A DNA stretch of 64,000 bases from an uncultured Candidatus Saccharibacteria bacterium. Its GTDB lineage: Bacteria; Patescibacteriota; Saccharimonadia; Saccharimonadales; CAZVRA01. The notes below the pieces were generated by a model that saw nothing but the letters and a program-made list of their open reading frames with translations, did not search any database and had not been told where the DNA came from. Where the stretch lies: NCBI GenBank assembly GCA_964630055.1, contig CAZVRA010000001.1, positions 174,483 to 238,482 of the forward strand, written 5' to 3'. Below, in pieces: positions 20,547 through 30,358 of the stretch. The translations under genes were made by a program, and so were the position numbers. Within the stretch, counting starts at the first letter, position 1. Each line of letters opens with the position of its first letter.

Positions 20547-21683
20547 ATGAAATTTGCAAAATTCATCAAAAATACAGTACTTGCTCTTGCAGTAACTACT
20601 GTATCTATGGCGGCTATGACTGGCCGCGTTGCAGCCGGTGTGCCTTATGGTGCGAATGGTACTACAACTAGCGCTACGCCAATATTTAACAACTTCTATG
20701 ACGTGCCAAATGCTGTAGGTAACGAGGCTGACTTTGTTCGCGTTAAGCCAAAAGCTGGTGGTAACGCCGACTATGTAGACACACTAAATTCTGCTTGTAA
20801 CAACGGTGATTCGTACAACGTTCGTACTTATGTGCACAACAGTGCCAGTCCAGACTACAACAATAACGGTTCTGGTAGCGCTGTAGCGCACAACGTAGTT
20901 GTGGCTATGACTGCTCAGCTTGGTAGCGGTAGCACCTTCCGTTTTGGTAGCACAATTAGTGCTAGCAATGCTGGTAGCGTTAACGACAGCGGTTTCCTGA
21001 AATGTGGTGACAAAACCGTTAAGCTAACTCTAGTTCCAGGCACTGTTCAGACTTACAGCAAGCCAATTGGCTTTCAGACTGTGGCCGACAGTTCAGTTAA
21101 CGGCTCGCTAAAAGTTGGTAGCCGCGCACAAGGTAGTGGCGACCAGTGGGCCTGCTGGGAAGATCGCATAATTGTTGTTTACGAAGTAAAAGTTGAGGAA
21201 GTAAAAACACCTCCTCCTACACCAGTTAGCGAAGCTATTTGTAAAGTAGCAGATGGCGACATTGTGGCCAGCGATAACCGCACAATTAAGGTAACTGCCA
21301 AGGGAGAAACTACCAACGCAACGGTTATTGGCTACGAAATTAACTGGGGTGATGGTAGCAAGGTTAGCACCAAGCAGACCGATACTCACACCTATGCCAA
21401 GGATGGTAGCTACACTATAAAAGTTCGGGTTCAGGTCAAAATGGCCGACGGTACTACTAAGTGGGTAGACGGCGGTAGCTGTACTCGCCAGGTAACCTTT
21501 AAGCCAGGCGAGAAGCCAGAAATCCCCGTTACTCCAACAACACCTACTACTCCTAGCCAGCCAACACCAACTCGTTTGGTTAACACTGGTCCTGGTAACT
21601 TGTTTGGTATCTTTACAGTCGTAAGCGTTTTGGGTGCAATTTTGCATCGTCGTTTTGCAGCTGTTCGTAACCTAATCGGTTAA
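20547..21683 (+). CDS. Cell-surface protein with a PKD-like domain and an LPXTG-type (LVNTG) sortase sorting signal
   Basis: Signal peptide. INWGDGSKVSTKQTDTHTYAKDGSYTIKVRV matches the PKD pattern WxxGDG...HxY..GxYxV. C-terminal LVNTG, then a hydrophobic stretch, then HRRF. Confidence 0.55.
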   Translation: MKFAKFIKNTVLALAVTTVSMAAMTGRVAAGVPYGANGTTTSATPIFNNFYDVPNAVGNEADFVRVKPKAGGNADYVDTLNSACNNGDSYNVRTYVHNSASPDYNNNGSGSAVAHNVVVAMTAQLGSGSTFRFGSTISASNAGSVNDSGFLKCGDKTVKLTLVPGTVQTYSKPIGFQTVADSSVNGSLKVGSRAQGSGDQWACWEDRIIVVYEVKVEEVKTPPPTPVSEAICKVADGDIVASDNRTIKVTAKGETTNATVIGYEINWGDGSKVSTKQTDTHTYAKDGSYTIKVRVQVKMADGTTKWVDGGSCTRQVTFKPGEKPEIPVTPTTPTTPSQPTPTRLVNTGPGNLFGIFTVVSVLGAILHRRFAAVRNLIG

Positions 21684-21755
21684 CAATCCTAGCTGTGACG
21701 GCTGCATTGGCCCCGCTCTATACCTGCATAGGGTAAAAGGAGCGGGGCTTTTTGC

Positions 21756-23255
21756 TTGTCATTGCGCTGCCAAGCACGCATAATTAAAGGTATGGGCAAG
21801 GTTAAAAGAGGTGTGGCCTGGTTATTGGGGCGCTGTAAACACAGTGTTTGGCTGTGGCTGAGCGGCGTTTTGGTGGGCCTGTGCATGGTGTTGTACCGGA
21901 GCGAAGGGCTACTATTTTGGTGTTTGTGGCCCTGTTTTTGGTATTTGCTGCGGGTGTCGCGGAGTTGGCCCAAAAATCGTCATCGCTTGCCGGCCGATTT
22001 GTACGTTCTTGGACTTATCATTTGCTTTTTTGGTAATTTCTTTATTTTACAGGTTTCGGCTGGCAATTGGACCATGAATCTAAGCAGTTGGCTAGCAGTA
22101 TGGGCGCCCCGGCTGTCGCTGTTGCTGATTTGCTTGTTTTGCGCGCTTAGTTTTTGGCTGATAGGTTGGTTGTTGCAACATATTAACAACTCATGGCACA
22201 GAATTGCTAGCTTAGTTTTTTTGTGGCCGTTGGCCGAGCTGCTACGTAGTTATTTGTTTGCCATCATGGCTTATGCGCCGCATGGCAGCCTAAGTCCAAA
22301 TTTTAATTGGGGTGCTTTGGCAGTTCCGGCCGCTGGCACTGATCTGGTTTATGCTTCGACCTTGGTTGGATTTTTTGGTTTGTCGGCAGTGGTCGTAGCT
22401 GTTAACCTGGGACTTTGGATTTTTTTGCAATCAGCTGTTGGCTGGGTGTGGCACAGGTTTAGGCCAGCTGTAAAAAATGAATCAACACCTTTAGGTCCTG
22501 TATCCCGCGTTTACATATTGAAGCTGGGCATGGTACTTTTGGCCACCAGTGGTCTGCTGACGCTTGGCGGACGGAGCCTTTTCCGCCATAGATTTCCGGC
22601 CAAAACCAACGACCTAAAAATTGTGGTGGTGCCGCTAAACGAGGACCAGGCTCTAAACGACTGGCCAGAATCGGACTGGCCGCCTGTGGGCACTGATCTG
22701 TTGGTGACGCCGGAGTATTCGGAGCTAATGTCCAATCCTCGCTACAAAGAAATTTTGAGCCGTTTGTCCGAAAACGGGGTTGCCATAACCACTATTCGAG
22801 CTGGCCGTTCGCCGGGTGGTACTAACCAGCTGGTATTTTTGAACCGCCAGGGCGAGGTGGTCGAGCGACAAGACAAAACCTTTTTAATACCCACCGGCGA
22901 GACATTACCGTATAGCTTGCAGATTAGTTTTAGAGCGCTGCACAAATCTCATACGAGCCAGAGTTTTCGCTACATCCAGCAAGTGACGGCTGGCAAGCAG
23001 CCCGAGCGGCCCTACGATACCGGCAAGTTTAAGGTGGGCGCTTTGGCCTGCAGTGGTGTTAGTGCACTGAGCGAATATAGTCGTTTAACAAAAGAAGGCG
23101 CTGATGTTTTGGTCAACAGCGCCTCTTTGTCCTTTTTGCAGCCCGACAGTTTTTACCATGTTTATGCCGGCAACATGGCCCGCTTTCAGGCGGTGTCGAA
23201 CAGCCGGCCACTAGCTCAGGCCAGCCGCAGCGGCCAGAGCTATGTTATCTACTAG
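21756..23255 (+). CDS. lnt: Apolipoprotein N-acyltransferase-like protein (CN-hydrolase domain, multi-pass N-terminus); true start may be the internal Met near 21792
   Basis: N-terminal TM helices. LLVTPE, DKTFLIPTGE and GALACSG correspond to the Lnt Glu/Lys/Cys triad motifs (LVIWPE, KxxLVPFGE, ICYE). Confidence 0.45.
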   Translation: MSLRCQARIIKGMGKVKRGVAWLLGRCKHSVWLWLSGVLVGLCMVLYRSEGLLFWCLWPCFWYLLRVSRSWPKNRHRLPADLYVLGLIICFFGNFFILQVSAGNWTMNLSSWLAVWAPRLSLLLICLFCALSFWLIGWLLQHINNSWHRIASLVFLWPLAELLRSYLFAIMAYAPHGSLSPNFNWGALAVPAAGTDLVYASTLVGFFGLSAVVVAVNLGLWIFLQSAVGWVWHRFRPAVKNESTPLGPVSRVYILKLGMVLLATSGLLTLGGRSLFRHRFPAKTNDLKIVVVPLNEDQALNDWPESDWPPVGTDLLVTPEYSELMSNPRYKEILSRLSENGVAITTIRAGRSPGGTNQLVFLNRQGEVVERQDKTFLIPTGETLPYSLQISFRALHKSHTSQSFRYIQQVTAGKQPERPYDTGKFKVGALACSGVSALSEYSRLTKEGADVLVNSASLSFLQPDSFYHVYAGNMARFQAVSNSRPLAQASRSGQSYVIY

Positions 23256-23261
23256 GCTGTT

Positions 23262-24845
23262 TTATCTAATTTGTTTGCCGTCCCATTTTGCATGGTAATT
23301 GGTTGCCTCCGCTTCGAAAAATCCTCTTTTAACGTACATAGATTGATTTGTGAAATAAGTATTGCACTCACTTAATGTTGTGTTGTGGTATATGGTTGAT
23401 CTATTGCCACCACCTCCTAGTGCGTTATAGAGACCTGCATCTTGTTTCCAGCTTATCACGCAATCAGCTCTTTTTTCTGGCGCCTTGACTACGCCGTTAT
23501 TAATCTCACCAGTTGACACGGTAGTGCTTGTTCGGCCACTAACACTATCGGCATTTAATGCGCCTGGAGCGCCGTTCTTGGCTTTAACACGTCGCTCATT
23601 TGCTGCACTGGTTCTTTCTTTCTCCGCTGCTTGAGCAGGGGCGCTGTTATTATCGGCATTTTGGAAGCCTGGAGGGCCGTTATTTTTAGCGTTGATTCGG
23701 CGTAGGGCAGCTCCGCCGTCGTTGGCTGGAGGCGCAATCGTGGTTTTAGGCGCGACCGTGGGATTTACTGGCTTAGCCGTGGCAGAACTAGCTGCTTTTG
23801 CGGCTGCTGCGGGGTCGTTTGGGTTAGCCTTAACGGCTGCTTGAGCGGCAATTATTTTAGCATTTTCGTTAGCTTTAGCCTGTCTTTCGGCCACACAGGT
23901 CGGTCGGTTCATGATTTCTGGTGCGGAACAGTCACGCATGTAGGCGTTCCATCTATCGTTACAGGCTTGGTCAAACTGTGATGGCTGGGCTTTTTGGTAA
24001 TCTGTTAGGTTGTTAGGGCAGGTGGGACCAACAGGCATGCCGTTAGCGATGGATTTATTGAGGTTTGCCCACTGGGCGGTGCATCTTGAGGCGTTCTCTA
24101 ATAAAGAGCAGTCATAGAGATCAGGCTTGGGCTGTTCGTTTGGAGGGGTCTTGACCTGGTAGTTAGGCGGGTATGCCCAAAAAGCTATACCAGGCATGAC
24201 GGCATCTATTCTCCAGCCATCAGGCTCGGTGGCGCCTTCGGCCAACCTTTGATCAATCCAGGTTTTATCTACAGAATAGATAGACTTAGACTTTGCGCCG
24301 CCCGAAGTTATTCGATAAACTGGTACAGTACCGGGGCGGTGGCCATCGGTCCAGGCAAAGAAGGCAACTCCTTCTTGCTGTATGTCGCCATTACCGTTAT
24401 ATTTGGCTTCTTTTTGGCTTTTTTGGTCGGCGGTTGCCCATTCATGCCAAGTAAGCTTGGCATTGTACAGTCTGTAAACCGGCACTGCGCCATCTAACGG
24501 AGTGGTCGGTGCTTTAAAAATAGCGCCATATGCTTCACCCCATCCCTGCTCGCCAAGCGCCTTGTACTCGCCATCAACACTCAGAACTGAATCATAGGCT
24601 TGGTAGACGAGGTTGACATGGCAAATATTGGCTCCATCTTCCACTTGACAGTAATTTGGCTCTGCTCCGGCAAAAAACATAAAGTAGGCACCAATGCCGG
24701 CAACCAGGGCAGCGGCAATTAGTATAACTTTTTTGCTAAATTTGGGACGCGATGACAAGAGTGTCCCAATACCGCCACTACGCACAGCTGGGCTGGACGA
24801 CACCTTGCGGACGGGCTTATTTTTTATTGGGCGAGATGAAGGCAT
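23262..24845 (-). CDS. Membrane-anchored extracytoplasmic protein of unknown function (527 aa)
   Basis: N-terminal basic region plus a TM helix. Repeated VPVYR(L/I) motifs. Ala/Pro-rich linker. Confidence 0.4.
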   Translation of the reverse strand: MPSSRPIKNKPVRKVSSSPAVRSGGIGTLLSSRPKFSKKVILIAAALVAGIGAYFMFFAGAEPNYCQVEDGANICHVNLVYQAYDSVLSVDGEYKALGEQGWGEAYGAIFKAPTTPLDGAVPVYRLYNAKLTWHEWATADQKSQKEAKYNGNGDIQQEGVAFFAWTDGHRPGTVPVYRITSGGAKSKSIYSVDKTWIDQRLAEGATEPDGWRIDAVMPGIAFWAYPPNYQVKTPPNEQPKPDLYDCSLLENASRCTAQWANLNKSIANGMPVGPTCPNNLTDYQKAQPSQFDQACNDRWNAYMRDCSAPEIMNRPTCVAERQAKANENAKIIAAQAAVKANPNDPAAAAKAASSATAKPVNPTVAPKTTIAPPANDGGAALRRINAKNNGPPGFQNADNNSAPAQAAEKERTSAANERRVKAKNGAPGALNADSVSGRTSTTVSTGEINNGVVKAPEKRADCVISWKQDAGLYNALGGGGNRSTIYHNTTLSECNTYFTNQSMYVKRGFFEAEATNYHAKWDGKQIR

Positions 24846-25121
24846 ATTAATTACCTGCGATTCTTTCGTATTTATCTTTTAGTTTATGTTAATAATTTAA
24901 GCGTAAGCGGGGGGGTGACTTTGTCAATAGCTAACCTTACGAAAAAGCGCGCAAAAGCTTGCAAAAAGCAGAGAAAACACAGATTAGCTGTGGATAACTG
25001 CTGGTAAAATGTTAGTGTTTGTGCTAGAGTGCCTGTAGAGTTATCGTGACTGACCGCTCGCATGTTTAAATAAAAAAACAAAAGTTGACACCATTACGAT
25101 TAACTGATCAACGGGTGTTAA

Positions 25122-25754
25122 TTATTCTGTTGCCAGATTATATAGCTGGTCTAATATTTCTTTGGTGACTTTTGCTACGCTGCCGGAGCCGTCGACCTCT
25201 AATAGTAGGCCTTTGCTGCGATAGTAATCTATAACTGGACCGGTGCCATTTTGGAATTCTTGTAGTCTGGTGCTAAGAGTTTCTGGCGTGTCATCGGTCC
25301 GGCTGCCGCGTGAATTGTTGCCAGCTGCCGCTCGCAGCCTTTTTAAAGCCTCTTGGTGATTGATCTTGATTAATATAGCTGACTTAATAGGGTGGTTGGA
25401 TTTTTGAGCGGCTTCTGTAACGGCGTCTTCTTCGCCACTTAAGCGCCCGATAGAGCTCAGTATAAGAGGCTGCTTATTAAATTTACTCTGCGAAAAATAG
25501 GGCAAAACGGCTTGTAAATAATATTCGGTAGGAATAAGTTTTCCCTGACCTTGAACAGCAGATATTTCTGTAGGAACTGCCTGATTACGCAGAATGTCGC
25601 CGCCACTAATTAGCGGCCCATTAAACATTGCCGCCAGTATGGCCCCCTGGGTATCCTTGCCCGCTAGCGGCATACCAAACAGGTTAATCGAACCGGTCCC
25701 AAGCCATTTTTTAATCACCTCAATGGCCTTTTTTTGCTCCGCGGACTCTTCCAT
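25122..25754 (-). CDS. Adenylate kinase-family protein with a deviant P-loop
   Basis: GMPLAGKDTQG (compare GxPGxGKGTQ), LISGGDILR (NMP-binding ISTGDxLR) and GKLIPTEYYL. Confidence 0.5.
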   Translation of the reverse strand: MEESAEQKKAIEVIKKWLGTGSINLFGMPLAGKDTQGAILAAMFNGPLISGGDILRNQAVPTEISAVQGQGKLIPTEYYLQAVLPYFSQSKFNKQPLILSSIGRLSGEEDAVTEAAQKSNHPIKSAILIKINHQEALKRLRAAAGNNSRGSRTDDTPETLSTRLQEFQNGTGPVIDYYRSKGLLLEVDGSGSVAKVTKEILDQLYNLATE

Positions 25755-25921
25755 GTGCGGATTATAACATATTTACATCAGCCAAACTTGAATGTTGGTG
25801 GCTTGCCCCAAAATCACTGATAGTAACTAACCATAACTAGTATGTTAATATATACAAGAACAACAGGATCTAATTTTGTTGAGGTAAATGGCAATAGAAT
25901 TATCATAGGGAGGGGCAAAAA

Positions 25922-28291
25922 ATGTATAAGTACTTAAGGTTTTTTGATGAGGTAACTATAAAGGATATTCCTCAGGTGGGTGGCAAAAATGCTTCGCTCG
26001 GTGAGATGCGCCGTACTCTGGCGCCGAAGGGCGTTAACTTGCCTGATGGTGTGGCCACAACTGCCGATGCCTATAGGTATTTTTTACAACATACCGGTTT
26101 AGACCAACGTATTCGCGAAACTATTGAGGGTCTAGATGTTAAAGATGTGCGCGAGCTAGCGCGGCGCGGGGAGATTATCCGCGATATGATCACTGACGCC
26201 GAATTTCCCGACGATTTTAGGGACGAAATTTTGCGAGGCTACCATGAACTTAGCGAGCGTTGCGGTCGCAAAAACCTGGTTGTGGCTGTTCGATCTAGCG
26301 CTACTGCCGAGGACTTGCCTGATGCCTCGTTTGCTGGCCAACAGGCGACCTTCCTAAATATTAAGGGTGACCACGACGTTTTGATGGCCACCAAAGAATG
26401 TATCGCCTCACTTTTTACCGACCGAGCAATTGTTTATAGGGACCAAAATGGTTTTGACCACATGAAGGTGGCCTTGAGCGTGGGGATTCAGCAGATGGTG
26501 GCGGTTCGCAGCGAATGCGCTGGCGTAATGTTTACTATCGACACCGAAAGCGGCTTTAATAACGCCGTTGTAGTCAGCTCTATTTATGGACTGGGCGAAA
26601 ATATTGTGCAGGGCCACGTTAGCCCAGACGAATTTATTGTTTTTAAGCCTACAATGGCTATTTTAAAGCGCAAAATAGGCACTAAAAAGCTTAAAATGGT
26701 GCCAATTTCGGGCAGCCGCACCAAAAACATGCCGGTATCACCCGGCGACCAGAAGCGGTTTTCTATAACTGACGATCAGGTAAAAACACTGGCCAGCTGG
26801 GGCATAGCAATCGAAAAACACTACGGTCATCCGATGGATATAGAATGGGCCCTGGACGAAGACGACGGCAAGCTGTATATCGTGCAGGCGCGCGCCGAAA
26901 CGGTGCAATCGCGCCGCGACACCAATGTCATAGAAGAATACAAGCTGACCGAGACCGGCGATTTGTTGGCCACGGGAACCAGCGTGGGCAGCAAAATTGG
27001 TGTTGGCCGAGCCAACAAAATTATGAGCGTCAAAGACATCCACGACTTTAAAAAGGGCCAAGTATTGGTAACCGAAATGACCGACCCGGACTGGGTACCA
27101 ATCATGAAGCTAGCCAGCGCTATTGTGACCGACAAAGGTGGCCGCACATGCCACGCCGCTATTGTGTCGCGCGAGCTGGGAATTCCTTGCGTGGTTGGCA
27201 CGGGCGACGCTAGCGAGCATATAGACGATGGAGCGCCGTTGACTGTCCACTGTAGTGGTAGCGACGAAGGCTATGTTTACGCCGGAGAATTAAAATACGA
27301 ACTAAAGACCACCAATATTAGCAACCTTGAACGACCCAAAACCAAAATAATGCTCAACGTTGGCTCGCCTGATCAGGCTTTTGCGTATTCGCACCTGCCT
27401 AACGACGGTGTTGGCCTGGCCCGCGAGGAGTTCATTATTAATGAGCACATCAAGATTCATCCTTTGGCGCTGCTGCACTTTGACAAGGTCAAGGACAAAA
27501 AGACGCGCGCTGCCATTTTGGACCTAACAACTGGTTACAGCCAAAAAGACCTGGGGCAATATTTTGTCGACAAGTTGGCCGAAGGCATCGCCATGATTGG
27601 CGCCGCCTTTTACCCCAACGACGTGATTATTCGTTTTAGCGACTTTAAAACCAACGAGTACGCCAACCTAATTGGTGGCAAGCAGTTTGAGCCAAGCGAG
27701 GAAAACCCGATGATTGGCTGGCGCGGCGCCAGCCGCTACTACAGTGATGCCTACAAGGAAGCCTTTGCGCTCGAATGTCAGGCGTTTAAAAAGGTCCGCG
27801 ACGAAATGGGCATTGTTAATGTCAAGGCAATGGTGCCATTTTGCCGAACCCTGGAAGAGGCGCACAAGGTGCTTAGCATTATGTCCCAAAACGGCCTCAA
27901 GCGCGGGCATAACGGTTTTGAGGTTTATGTCATGGCCGAAATACCATCTAACATTATTTTGGCCGAGCAATTTGCCGACTTGTTCGACGGCTTTTCGATT
28001 GGCAGTAACGACCTGACCCAGTTGATGCTGGGTGTTGACCGCGACAACTACATGGTGGCCCACGACTACAACGAAAACAACGACGCCGTGAAAGCCATGA
28101 TTAGTCATCTAATACATATAGGCAAGCGTAAGCGTGTTAAGGTTGGCATTTGCGGCCAAGCACCATCCGACTACCCTGAGTTTGCCCGATTTTTGGTTGA
28201 ACAGGGTATAGACAGCGTATCGCTGGCGCCCGATACCATCATTAAAACCACAATTGACCTAAAAAAGACCGAAGACAAACTGGGGCGATAA
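25922..28291 (+). CDS. ppsA: Phosphoenolpyruvate synthase (pyruvate, water dikinase)
   Basis: N-terminal VGGKNASLGEM. PEP-utilising phospho-His domain GGRTCHAAIVSRELGIPCVVG. C-terminal PEP/pyruvate domain. 789 aa. Confidence 0.9.
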   Translation: MYKYLRFFDEVTIKDIPQVGGKNASLGEMRRTLAPKGVNLPDGVATTADAYRYFLQHTGLDQRIRETIEGLDVKDVRELARRGEIIRDMITDAEFPDDFRDEILRGYHELSERCGRKNLVVAVRSSATAEDLPDASFAGQQATFLNIKGDHDVLMATKECIASLFTDRAIVYRDQNGFDHMKVALSVGIQQMVAVRSECAGVMFTIDTESGFNNAVVVSSIYGLGENIVQGHVSPDEFIVFKPTMAILKRKIGTKKLKMVPISGSRTKNMPVSPGDQKRFSITDDQVKTLASWGIAIEKHYGHPMDIEWALDEDDGKLYIVQARAETVQSRRDTNVIEEYKLTETGDLLATGTSVGSKIGVGRANKIMSVKDIHDFKKGQVLVTEMTDPDWVPIMKLASAIVTDKGGRTCHAAIVSRELGIPCVVGTGDASEHIDDGAPLTVHCSGSDEGYVYAGELKYELKTTNISNLERPKTKIMLNVGSPDQAFAYSHLPNDGVGLAREEFIINEHIKIHPLALLHFDKVKDKKTRAAILDLTTGYSQKDLGQYFVDKLAEGIAMIGAAFYPNDVIIRFSDFKTNEYANLIGGKQFEPSEENPMIGWRGASRYYSDAYKEAFALECQAFKKVRDEMGIVNVKAMVPFCRTLEEAHKVLSIMSQNGLKRGHNGFEVYVMAEIPSNIILAEQFADLFDGFSIGSNDLTQLMLGVDRDNYMVAHDYNENNDAVKAMISHLIHIGKRKRVKVGICGQAPSDYPEFARFLVEQGIDSVSLAPDTIIKTTIDLKKTEDKLGR

Positions 28292-28358
28292 ATTGGTGCG
28301 CTAGCCTGGTATTGACGGCCATAATGTGTTAAAATTATACCTGTTTTTTAGCATTTAT

Positions 28359-28433
28359 GGCCTCATCGTCTAACGGTTAGGACACCAGGTTTTCATCCTG
28401 GCAATCGGGGTTCGATTCCCCGTGAGGTCACCA
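28359..28433 (+). tRNA. tRNA-Glu (anticodon TTC), CCA encoded
   Basis: Cloverleaf folded by hand. Acceptor stem 7 bp with one G-T pair, D-stem 4 bp, anticodon stem CCAGG/CCTGG, loop TTTTCAT, T-arm CGGGGTTCGATTCCCCG, discriminator A then CCA. Confidence 0.85.
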
Positions 28434-30126
28434 TAAGGTCTTTATGACCGGCCATCAAGTCTAGCAGCGAATTCACCCCTGTAAAAAGGGGTGTTTTCGT
28501 GTTTCCAGTTTTTAAATCTTCGTAAGTTGGCATTTTGTTGAAAAGTGCTCGGAATAACAGCGATTTTTTAACCTGTGACCCCTGTTTTAACAGTAGTTCA
28601 TCGAGGTTTTCCAGGAAATATTGGACTCTGGTTATCGCACGCTCAATTTTTTGGTCCTTTTCGTCTTCTGTACCAGCGACTTTTTTGGCCTCCAGCGCCA
28701 GTACTTGTTTTTCTATACGCTCCAGATCCTGCTCTAAATATGTCAGTGCTGTTCGGTTTGTTAGGACTTTGAGTTTGTTAATAACCATCTCTGCCTCGGT
28801 ACGTAATGCAGCTATTCGGTCATCTGTGTTCTGTATTTCTTCCAAGGCCTCTTCGCGGTGTTTCTCGTACAGTTTTCTAACCAGCGCCATAACGTTCTCT
28901 ACGTGCTCCTTGGGTACAGTGAACTGTTTTATAAACGCATCGACACTGTCCTCAAGCTCGTTTTTCGACACCCTAAAGTAGTGGCCGTGGTTACTGCAGT
29001 GGTAGGCTGGGTAATACTTACCGTTACGACCTTTTGATGCACTGCCCAGCAGGGGTCGCTCACACTCAGGACACAAAACAAAGCGTCTGAACGCGAATTC
29101 ATCCGACTTCTTGCCACGATTTATGACATTCTGTGGAGCTTTGGCCTTGGAGATGACATAATCTCCTTGCTCGTCCACTGCAATAATTTTTTTGCCACGA
29201 TTAGCCTTATTGAATAGAGATATGCTGACCAGGCTATCGAAGGCACTTTTTATAGGTTTGCCATCAGTCCACTTCTCACAAAGTATCCCAGCATATAAGG
29301 GGTTATTGAGCAGTTTATGCATAGCTTTAATGGTAAGGGGATCACCACCTATATGCCTGACTATTTTTGTCTTGTCGTGTTTGTCACGAATGTTCCGAGT
29401 GCGCGTCTTGAAGCCCAGGTTGTTTAGTTTGTCCACAATTTGCTGGTCAGTTAGGTAGTTCTCGGCACGCATTGTAAACATCTTTGTTATAAACTTCGCC
29501 TCATCTGGATGTGGTCTGAGCACCGTTCGTTTGCCGTGCTGCGTATCTACTTTTTCACTAGTAAAACCATAGGGCGATTGGCGCATCCAATAACCAAGTT
29601 GGGTGTAGCGTATTTCTGCACCTATGACTCGGCTCAATATGTCTCTGAGCTCATCCTTAGACCGCTCAGCCTCCAGTATCTCCGACTTCTTGGTGGGAGA
29701 ATACACGCTCCAGTTGTACTCAAAGCCCAAGTGGTCTAGGGTATTTACCTTCTGGTTACTTATGACTCCATAGATGTCTACCAGCGATACGCCGGCACGC
29801 TCCAATTGCAGTTTGAGCGGGTTATACGTATCCGAGCCGCCACGCGTGAACCTGTCGATTGATTTGATGATAAATAGGTTTATACCGTTCTTTGGGTTCT
29901 TGCAGTAATCTATAGCCTGCTGTATGGGTTGCTGTTCTTTGCTGGCCGACTCCAGGAACACGAAATACTGCTTAATGGTAATGCCGCGGCTTTCAGCAAA
30001 ACGTTCTATCTGCTCACGTTGGGCCTCGGGCGAGTCTCCATCGGTGCCTTGTTTGGTGGTTGAAACTCGGATTGCCGCTACCGCGTTTACGTTAGCCTTC
30101 TGCAACATGCCCAGCCTCCAGTTCAT
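28393..30126 (-). CDS. Large serine recombinase (integrase); the last 13 codons lie inside tRNA-Glu
   Basis: N-terminal resolvase catalytic motif AIRVSTTKQ...SPEAQ. About 577 aa with a Cys-rich zinc-ribbon segment (CPECERP...CSNHGH) and a C-terminal coiled coil. The C-terminal ...MVTSRGIEPRLPG* is the reverse translation of the tRNA T-arm and acceptor region. Confidence 0.8.
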   Translation of the reverse strand: MNWRLGMLQKANVNAVAAIRVSTTKQGTDGDSPEAQREQIERFAESRGITIKQYFVFLESASKEQQPIQQAIDYCKNPKNGINLFIIKSIDRFTRGGSDTYNPLKLQLERAGVSLVDIYGVISNQKVNTLDHLGFEYNWSVYSPTKKSEILEAERSKDELRDILSRVIGAEIRYTQLGYWMRQSPYGFTSEKVDTQHGKRTVLRPHPDEAKFITKMFTMRAENYLTDQQIVDKLNNLGFKTRTRNIRDKHDKTKIVRHIGGDPLTIKAMHKLLNNPLYAGILCEKWTDGKPIKSAFDSLVSISLFNKANRGKKIIAVDEQGDYVISKAKAPQNVINRGKKSDEFAFRRFVLCPECERPLLGSASKGRNGKYYPAYHCSNHGHYFRVSKNELEDSVDAFIKQFTVPKEHVENVMALVRKLYEKHREEALEEIQNTDDRIAALRTEAEMVINKLKVLTNRTALTYLEQDLERIEKQVLALEAKKVAGTEDEKDQKIERAITRVQYFLENLDELLLKQGSQVKKSLLFRALFNKMPTYEDLKTGNTKTPLFTGVNSLLDLMAGHKDLMVTSRGIEPRLPG

Positions 30127-30358
30127 TTTCTATGGTTTCAATTAGGAGTTCGGCCAGTATATTAAGTCGCTCTTCTAGCGAAAGCTCTGGTGGCGGCTGG
30201 TTGATTGACCCTTTTTTACGACCCATTTTATCCTCAATATACCTACCTATATAAGTATAGTTTACTACCTTGTGTAGTATTGTTTCAAGGATAATATGTT
30301 GTAGTTTTTTATAATTACGAAATTATAAGTTTTTATATATTTTCTATCTGTTAATGCT

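Noticed and set aside
20006-20559. ORFs on both strands rich in P, L and R (20006..20275 +, 20010..20384 -, 20228..20422 -, 20311..20559 -)
   Set aside because: They overlap the low-complexity GGSG/PT-repeat tail of the 19180..20517 gene. Such alternative-frame ORFs arise in GC-rich repetitive DNA.
24846-25121. Replication origin (oriC) on the basis of a DnaA box
   Set aside because: There is a single perfect box, no dnaA/dnaN nearby, and no cluster of boxes or AT-rich DNA-unwinding element.
26156-28108. Several minus-strand ORFs of 61-146 aa inside ppsA
   Set aside because: They lie entirely within a confidently identified 789-aa PEP synthase gene on the opposite strand.
28415-28433. Expectation of a long perfect direct repeat of the tRNA 3' end at the far island border
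   Set aside because: The best match (49632-49650) is only 15 of 19 positions. Serine integrases leave only a 2-bp crossover and no long duplication, so an exact repeat is not required. It is kept as a weak attR candidate only.
28535-29739. Plus-strand ORFs of 65-148 aa opposite the serine integrase
   Set aside because: Antisense to the integrase gene. Their translations are Ser/Phe-rich low-complexity sequence.
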